Below, one piece after another: positions 56,061 through 64,000 of a stretch of DNA of 64,000 bases; the stretch's first letter is position 1, and each line of letters opens with the position of its first letter. The stretch is from Corallochytrium limacisporum Hawaii (Eukaryota > Protista > Pluriformea), in assembly GCA_002811645.1 (NCBI GenBank), contig PDIP01000002.1, positions 69,683 through 133,682 of the forward strand. Reading direction: 5' to 3'. The notes beneath the pieces were generated by a model. The model searched no databases, was not told where the DNA came from, and saw only the letters and a program-made list of their open reading frames with translations. The translations under genes and the position numbers were made by a program.

Positions 56061-57155
56061 TTATTCATCATCTGCATCGGGCTTTATACGAACCCCAGTG
56101 AGCAAGTGACCTGGACAGCCCTTCATGTTTACAAACGGGTGTGTGCGGTTAGGCAAGACTTGGTAACCTCTCTGGAATGTGTCGAACAGCATCAAGGCGC
56201 CGCCGGTCCGTGTCATCTTCATCTTTAGCAGAATGGGAGCGAGCATCGATGCGATTGGGTGATAGACGACAAAGGTTCCACCATACTTTAGAAAGGGTAT
56301 CAGCTTCGGTACTAGCGCGCTGAGATCGCATCTAGCAACCACAATCAAGGAATCGAAATACGCTTTGGGGTACACATCTGGCAATTTCCGTGCATCCATC
56401 CATTTCATGGTGTCCTGGACCTCCTGAGGCAAGTTGTAGTAATTCATCCGAGGAAACACGGGATGCGCATTGAACGTCACAGTCACTACCTCGGCATATG
56501 TCTGAGTGCGATTCAAGACTGCCCCTGTGATGTATCCTTGAGTGTCATCGAATACGAGGTATCGGCCTCCCGCTTGGCAGTTTGCATGTGTGAGGAGCTG
56601 GGCCAAAACAGACGGTCTCATATTCAAGATCTTGCTGGGCTTAAGGTCAATCAGGCATTCTGCAATTCTTCTAGGCGTTGCTTTATGAATTGTAATCACC
56701 TGGAGATGCTTTTTAGCTTTTGTGCGGAGCCATTTCGCTTTGCTATACTCTGTCTTCTCATCCCATGCGGCATGGCTTTGTCGCAGCTTCTCGATCATGT
56801 CTGCTCCAGTTACACCCTCTGCCCGCAATTTTGCAACTTCTTCTGCCGACAAGCTTTGATTACTCATGTCGTCATTGATTCTACGGTTGTCGCTACCTTC
56901 AGAAACCGCTGCAACTTTGTGCAGTCCGTGAAACTCGTCCATCTCACCAGAATGAGGTACAAGCTTTGCATTGACAACATCGAATGTAGTACCGTACGGG
57001 TAATTAACAGCACAGTTCAAGGTAAACTTGGCTTTGTGCATTCGGATCACTTCATTCTTTTTCATTAAAGCGATCTTCATGGTTTTTGTGTTGTCCAGGA
57101 TGACATACTCACCAAACTTTATGGCGTCAGCTGATCCCACAGGCACGTCTGCCAT
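56061..57155 (-). CDS. TRMT6: tRNA m1A58 methyltransferase non-catalytic subunit Trm6/Gcd10
   Basis: DNRRINDDMSNQSLSAEEV, KTEYSKAKWL..K.KK, KILNMR...LAQLL..AN, YQVLPNRTHP. Confidence 0.95.
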   Translation of the reverse strand: MADVPVGSADAIKFGEYVILDNTKTMKIALMKKNEVIRMHKAKFTLNCAVNYPYGTTFDVVNAKLVPHSGEMDEFHGLHKVAAVSEGSDNRRINDDMSNQSLSAEEVAKLRAEGVTGADMIEKLRQSHAAWDEKTEYSKAKWLRTKAKKHLQVITIHKATPRRIAECLIDLKPSKILNMRPSVLAQLLTHANCQAGGRYLVFDDTQGYITGAVLNRTQTYAEVVTVTFNAHPVFPRMNYYNLPQEVQDTMKWMDARKLPDVYPKAYFDSLIVVARCDLSALVPKLIPFLKYGGTFVVYHPIASMLAPILLKMKMTRTGGALMLFDTFQRGYQVLPNRTHPFVNMKGCPGHLLTGVRIKPDADDE

Positions 57156-57173
57156 CTTGCGAATATATTGGAT

Positions 57174-57226
57174 CTGTAAAAAACTTCTAATAATCTACAT
57201 GCTGCTTATGAACACTAACATCTTAC
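57174..57226 (-). other. Putative 53-nt 5'-UTR intron of TRMT6
   Basis: Minus-strand donor GTAAGA at 57226 and TTTTTTACAG acceptor ending at 57174, 18 nt upstream of the ATG. Confidence 0.55.
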
Positions 57227-60200
57227 GCCGTTGTTTTTTATACGAAACGTCTTCTCTGCGCAAATTAAGAGTACCTCTGAAATAGGATCAACCCCCCGGC
57301 GTAATCCGCCTTGCAACCATCCCTAGCCCGCATGCGGTTGGGCTCTTCCTCCACATACTTGAATATAATCAATATTTACACAAACATTAACACTGAAGAC
57401 CTCATAAATTAAATTAGTTGGAGAGATCAAAAGAGGAGAGGCACGCATTTGTGACCAACAGGAACAGCTCAGAGTGAATTGCTCACGCGATGGAAACCAA
57501 TGGAGGAGGAGCCTTTCTCTGAAACACACTTACACAAGAGACAAAATTTGCAGAACACGCAGAGGCTTGTCCCAAAGAGCGCATTATACCTGGTTTTAGC
57601 TTCTGCCGGCGTCCTTTGACCGCGAAGAAGGGTGCACAGTCCACTGGCATAAGAAGCGGTGAGCATCGCGCTGCGCCTCTGACAAAATTTTGCTGGCACG
57701 CCCCGCCCCTCCTCTCCTTGATTCGTGTGTAAACGCGCGAAATTCGCTAGGGCAACTTGGTCCTGCGCATCTTGTCCAGCCGACTGTTGTTGGTCCACAT
57801 TCCTTCGGCCCCTGCTGGTAGCCCAGCCATGGGAAGCTTTTGTGGTCTTTGTTTCGCTCTTCCATAGGAAACTGCAAGCACACCCAAGGTGCACATTGCT
57901 TCTGTGATTTCTCAGATCGCTCCGCAGTAAAGGGCACCTGCGGAGAGAAAAAATATCACAAAGCCGGGTGGTGCTCGCGAGCACCAATTGCTGTGGGCTC
58001 CCCGAAGACCACCGGCCGAGGGGTGCGGCACAGTTGTCAGACAGAGAGCCACAGACAATGGACACTGAGAGAGACCTCAAGTAGTTGCAGAGGAATTGCG
58101 TGTGGAAATCGCATCGGACTGTTGGCCGATGAGAAGTAGTGGACAAGTGAGACATTGAGAAGGTAGAGTGAGTGTGTGTGCGCTAGTGTGGGGTACATCT
58201 GATGCATCCTGTGCGACATGAACGACGAAAGAAATAGTTTTAGCCGGACCGGCCATGCACCTTTAGCATCCTCGGGTCAGCTGACTTCTCGTACACTCAC
58301 GTTAGTCACTTACAAGAAAGTGGCTTCAGATCAATAATTCATAAACTGTTTCATGCACAGGCAGCATGCCATACTTTCCTTAATATGTAAACTGTGTATA
58401 TATCCCAAAGAGAGAATGAACTTTGTTACTATCTTCGATACTCCCACACACAGACACAGTCTCTCAACCACTTCTACTTTTCTTTGTGTTTGTGCCAGTT
58501 ATTCTTCTGCTATGTGCGGAAACTTTATCAAAAAGAAGTAAAAGGGGAAGTGTTACATTTTCTGGACGTAGTTTGGTGGATGCGCACGAAAATACTGTTG
58601 GACAACCTTAACCGCCTGTCTCTTCCGGTTTTTGGGCTCATTTCTCATGGTCTTCTGTGCCGATGTTCTGAGTAAAGCAAATGAAATATGTTTTTTGATC
58701 ACCCATGCTCACGGGGGTTCTACTGCTTGTGACGCGAAACAAGTGTTATTGACGGGAAACCCGGACCTGAATAGTAGCCGGTGCACGTTTTGTCTTCACT
58801 TTTTTTTTCCTTCTGTCTTCGGCCTTTGACTTCTGTTTGCCCTTCTTTTCGCCCGGCAGTCGTCGACATCTCTCCGGTTACCAGCAACAACATTAAAACA
58901 TTGTGTGCCGTTGTCGGCTGCCCCACGGAGAGCTGAAAGCACCACTTACACACTATCCATCAATTGAATAGCTGTTGGTACAACCAGACCAGCCAAATCG
59001 AAGAAATGGGTCTGCGGAGCATCTAAATCGACCTACCGCGACGGAAAACAAAGGAACATCAAGAACTAACATTCAGTTTGCATCCATGACAATCGGCGAC
59101 TGAACATGTCGAACATGTAACAAGATCGCTCAAAGCCAGTGCCAAAGTCTGTGCTAAGAAGATTTCACCACGGGAGAACGGGAGCGGCCGTGTGTAGGTG
59201 CCTACGTGGAAAACCGGAGAGATGGAACTATCTACATCCGAAGTCATACACGACTATGCAGAGCACGCATACACCAAGAGACGCCACCAGATGGAGATCT
59301 CCAGAAATAGTCCAAATACTTCGAACGGCGGAATTCATTCTGGATGAGCAATTGACCCTACCTATCATGACTATGTTGCTCCACCATGCTTGATCAGTGA
59401 TGAGTTTCGCCGAGGGGGCAGAAGAGGGGGAAAGAGACAGCGATTGATGCATCCATGCCACAGCATGACCCATTTGTTCAGGTGTGTGGAAATGTAGAAA
59501 CGTGTAGAGAAGGTGAGGGCGGTAAATTCATGGGGAAGGGGTGATGGACATAAGGGCTTCGGCTGGCTGAAGCAGCGTTAGTGATGGGTGATGATTGTAC
59601 CATAATTCCATTAGAGTGATCGTTTCCCTGTTATTAAAATTCGAAGTTGAAATATCAACTCCCCATGCGGAAATCGATCGGGTTGTCTTGTGGTATACCC
59701 TGTATAGATGCCGCCAAAGTATGTGTGCGCATCTCTTGGTGTATTAGGAAGTCTGAGGTGTCGATAGTTTCTCCCGCACACGGCAAAACAGTTGACATAT
59801 GCATTTCACATATACATCACAAAAGAGATCTCCCGCCTGAGCGGTGTGTATTGTGTGCGTGTTGTGACATGCTCAAGGTTTATTCGAGCGTGGGCACATG
59901 CTGCTTTCCTGATAAATTTCCCTCCGAGTTTAACTTTGCAGTTCTGCCGATTGTGTGTATGGTTTTTGTTGCTGTCTGTGTGTGATGTGGTATACCGACG
60001 CATGGTATCGTCGGAGTCCGCAAATGGAATACGGAGTCTCAAAATGATCCGGAGCTCCAAGGAATATGAATGCCATCCGCCAACTTTTGTCTTAATTGGA
60101 AGCGTTGTGGACGGCTAACTCTGTGAGTGGCTGCGTGCGCTACACATCACACATCTCACAGCAGACACGGACACGCAATGTATTGCCTGCTAACAGGCAT

Positions 60201-63200
60201 GTCCCCTCACCATGCCATCCTGAAGCGCTTCCGTATGAATAACTCGGGTGTCGGTATCATGTATTAGCCGAAGCGACGTTATACCGATCTCCCACCCAAC
60301 ATCATCATCACCATCATTACCTGTGTAGGCTGATCATATTCTACAATATCCCCTTTGGGCCTTCGTAACGTTCGTGCAGTGTTTGTACACAAGTAGCGGT
60401 AGCACCTTTACTGGTTGCGATGTGTGGTCATTGTCGGAGATGAGCGACAGAAAACGGACAAGTAATTAACAGCTCAAACTCAGCATAAGACGGGTACTGT
60501 AACCACACATTTATTTTCTCCGCAGGTGAGGACGACCTTCACCGTTCGTAGATATCTGCCCGTCATTGAGGGGAGGGGAAGAGAGACCGAATAGTTTGAG
60601 AAAAAAAGTGGAAAATTTTTGCCGCAGTGTGTCCGATGACGATGGAGGTGCATGATGCGAGGGAGTGCTGGTGGGTGATGGATGATGGGGTGGTGATGAT
60701 GACGTTGATTCACAACGGACCAACAACAACAACGACGACCCAGCCCCCGACACCAACTTTCAACACCGCAGCAAACCGGAGCATTCGCTTTAACACCCAC
60801 ACAAACACAAACACACGTACGCACGCATACGCAGAGTTTCGTCTGCAACAGAGTGCAGTGATCCCTGGTACAATAAAATTACTGTACAACAATTATGTGG
60901 CAATGTCAATGTGTCTGTACTTTGGTGACGAGGCCACGATGTGTTGCAGTTCACCAGGTGCCACTCTACTCTGATCCCTGTGTGTATAGTACTGTGCGGT
61001 AGGTGAGGAGGTATCAGAAACTCTTAGTTTATTTTTCTATAGTGATTGATGGCCTAGTACGAGGTGTGTGCCTGTGCTTAACCACAGCATCCGAAATTCT
61101 CAGGAGAACGGTGCTGACCAGTGGTGCCATCTCTCTATTTTTGCCGTCGATGTTGGCTTCCACACGGGTTGTTGGCTTTGCTATCATCATCGTCCGGAAA
61201 GCTCGTTGCAACAATGAAAATCACACGACCCTTTCAAGCTAGAAAAAGAGAAGAGGGGGGGGGGGGGGGGGGGAGGGGGGTTGGTCAAAGTCCTCATTGC
61301 ATTTGCCAAGGTGTGGAGTTCTCCTTTTTTTTTTTCACAAATAGCGCACTCATTACAACGTATTCAACGATTTTAAAAGTAAACGGACCCATCCACTGCC
61401 AAACACAGCCTCACAGTAACAACACAGGCTTCCCTTTTCCGAACTATGCGTGCCCTTATACCGCTTGTTTCTGATGTCTCCCTACACTCTCGTGATAAGT
61501 TACAAAGTAGAACATCACCAAGGGCTTGGATTGGGGGTGGGTCGTATTGGACACCCCCGGCCCCGCATCGCTCACACCTGTTGGGTGTTTACTTGTCTTG
61601 GTAATATGCACCAGTGCTCGACAATGGCCTCGTGCATTTTGTGTTCAGACTTCCAGTGATGTGATGAAGGACTGGGGTGTTCTAGAGCAGTGAGTGATGT
61701 GGGGCGATGTGTGGGGTGTCTGGGGCAACGCTGCGGCTCTAAACGACATGGTGAGACCTAGCAAAAACTGCAGTAGCAAACGGGCACGTCGCTTTCGTCA
61801 GTCTGCGGCCCGCTTGGGGTGAACTATCTTCCGGCTGTGTTTTTCCCAGTGATTTCCTGGACTATGTCTCAGTATGTAGGTCTACCCTGGACTTCGCATC
61901 GCCCCCCATCACCCGGCGCAACCAATTCCGAATCAAGACGGAAAGCAACTCAGAACGAGAGTCGATGATCACTATACCCTTCATCGCCGCATCATCACCA
62001 CAACCATCGGTCTGAACCCACTCTGCCAGCAGGGTCAGAGACGACAATTGCTCATCTTTTGATTATTCCCATCATATTGTATCTGGCGATATGCTGCATT
62101 CAGTATATTCTGATCACACAGCTACCAAATTGACTTACAATAAAGCGCAATCAGTGAGCACAAATATGCGAACCAACACGAGTCGCTCCGAGGGTTGTCC
62201 ATTCACAGAGGTGCCGGTATATCTTTCAAGAGTCGGACAGAAAACTCCAGTCTAACCACTACCAAAGAAAGGGGATACACTCCGAAAATTTGGAGACGGA
62301 GGGATCAGCGCGACGGGGTGTTAACGCATAAAAGGAAAGAGAAAAGCGTTCTGGTGCATCCAACATAGTGCAAGGTGAACCAATATTTTCCCACATGGCT
62401 CGCGTAAAGGAAAAGAGTGGAAATCAACGACTTCCTTTTTCGAATGTTGTGTTTTCTGCACATGGTTTCACGTCTAATTCTTCTTGTTCCATTTCCGCTT
62501 CCTTGCTTCTGATGCTCGTTCGGTGGTTGTCGTTCCCTCGTCTTTTCTGCACAACTTCAGAAATTGAAGCGAGTGTTTAAGCAGAATAGTGTACGGACGA
62601 AATGGCCTTTTCCGGCACCTGGCGTGCTTTTTCCGGGTTAAAAACCGAATTGCCCTGTGAAAATAAGATCCTAGGACCCGATAATACAGGCGAGGGGGAG
62701 GAGTCAGGGACAGCACTGCATCAAAATCGAACTATACATTTTCTGCTACCCACCGTCGCGTTATGCGTTTTACAATTAGAATGACCGCTTGAACTCCACT
62801 AGTGAAAACGGAATCGGCCCAGTGACCTCAAACGGTCTGATGTCCATCGAGCTGTCTACATACCATTTCGATATTGCATGCAACCAACATCCTCGGTAGG
62901 GCAAAAGAAGCAGCTGTGGGGAGGGAGCAGGTGCACAAGTCTATTGGGAGCTCGAATTTCACCGGAAACCGTTCTTTCCTTCCCCCCCCCCCAAAAAAAA
63001 TATGGTCCAGTCATCGAGTCAATGCATCAGACCGCGTGCAGCTTCGTATGGTCATCCAATGCTAAGTGAAGTTTACATTGGAAGAGGACAGAAGTTGTTG
63101 CAACATATCTGTCCCCATGAAAAGGGTATAGTCAAGGATGGTCATAGGGAAGGAATGAAAAGAAAGAAAAGAATTCTCCGACGTCATTGACGTACAACGC

Positions 63201-64000
63201 AAACTAGGGGCAGCAAAACTCCGCAGGCATACAATTCCACCTGGTCAATGTTTTCAAACGAGACGCACATTGTGGACGGAGCGTCATAGTCTCTAACTCG
63301 CCACCAACCATAGCACCTGACCAGACCAAGTCGATCAGGGAAACGAGATGGTGAACGGGGTCCTCGGAGAATATTCATAAGCTCTCATTCAGCTGGGATT
63401 TTGCCAAGTCTCTACTGCGGTGATGCGATGCGATCATCACATCACCGAAACCCCTTTCATCATCACCAAAGAGAGAGGAGAGCGTATGTGGATGCAGGGG
63501 ATTTGTTGTATTCACTCGGACACTAATATGGAAAACACTTTGACAATTAAGACTCACAGATGATGAACGATGAATGCATCAACCTGTCCACCAAGGGCGC
63601 ATGCCTTCACTAAACCATTCTTGAAGACACCGAGTACTTTCTTGGCTGAAGAAGACGCTGGGGTTTCCGCTAGAATTGCCCCAGCAAGTGATTTCAGGAC
63701 CACAAAGCAAGTTTAAACATTTCGGGCTCCACTGGCGATAGAGATGACGTCTACGACAGACTTCAATTTTAGTGCGACGTCAAGTATTAGTCTTCCTCAT
63801 TATGTATTGTAACTCTATTCTTTTCTCGACTGGGATGTGTGGTTTCCCGTTTTGGATCGATCGTCAAGGCACCTCGCGCCTAGACATTCCAAACACACAG
63901 GCAAATTCACACTCACTGAAACACACGAAATGGACAAATGGTAAACGTTGTGACCTTCTTCTCTTTTTCTGTATACACCCTTACTCCTGTGGCTCCACAA

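Noticed and set aside
57469-58155. 228-aa minus-strand ORF
   Set aside because: Cys/Arg/Ser-rich random-looking composition and no family motifs; cannot be supported.
63559-63650. Possible C/D-box snoRNA (ATGATGA...CTGA)
   Set aside because: No terminal stem or recognisable rRNA guide; such motifs occur by chance.

Overview
Eukaryotic nuclear DNA (roughly balanced GC) with about 19 well-supported protein-coding genes. The CDSs are almost intronless: only one clear coding intron was found, in proteasome alpha-1. Several genes appear to keep spliceosomal introns in their 5' UTRs. Gene content mixes animal-lineage signalling modules (Spire-type KIND domain, GARNL3-like RapGAP-CNH, tetraspanin, ZFPL1, SPAK/OSR1 kinase, ERK5-like MAPK, two-pore channel, an LRR/EGF receptor with a tyrosine-motif tail) with genes animals lack (stand-alone HPt phosphorelay protein, CrtYcd/CarR-type lycopene cyclase, a bacterial-style glycoside hydrolase with six CBMs). 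This points to an intron-poor unicellular holozoan; a Corallochytrium-like organism is my inference and is not verified. Most interesting: (1) a kinase-less receptor with a cluster of Grb2-type YxN motifs; (2) a local MAPK-STE20-HPt-RapGAP signalling cluster; (3) an adjacent pair of possibly horizontally acquired genes; (4) a POT1 with an extra N-terminal OB-like domain; (5) recurrent C-run/G-run promoter elements and a duplicated E2F-like cassette. No tRNA, rRNA, CRISPR array or transposon was recognised by eye. All family assignments come from motif recognition, not database searches.
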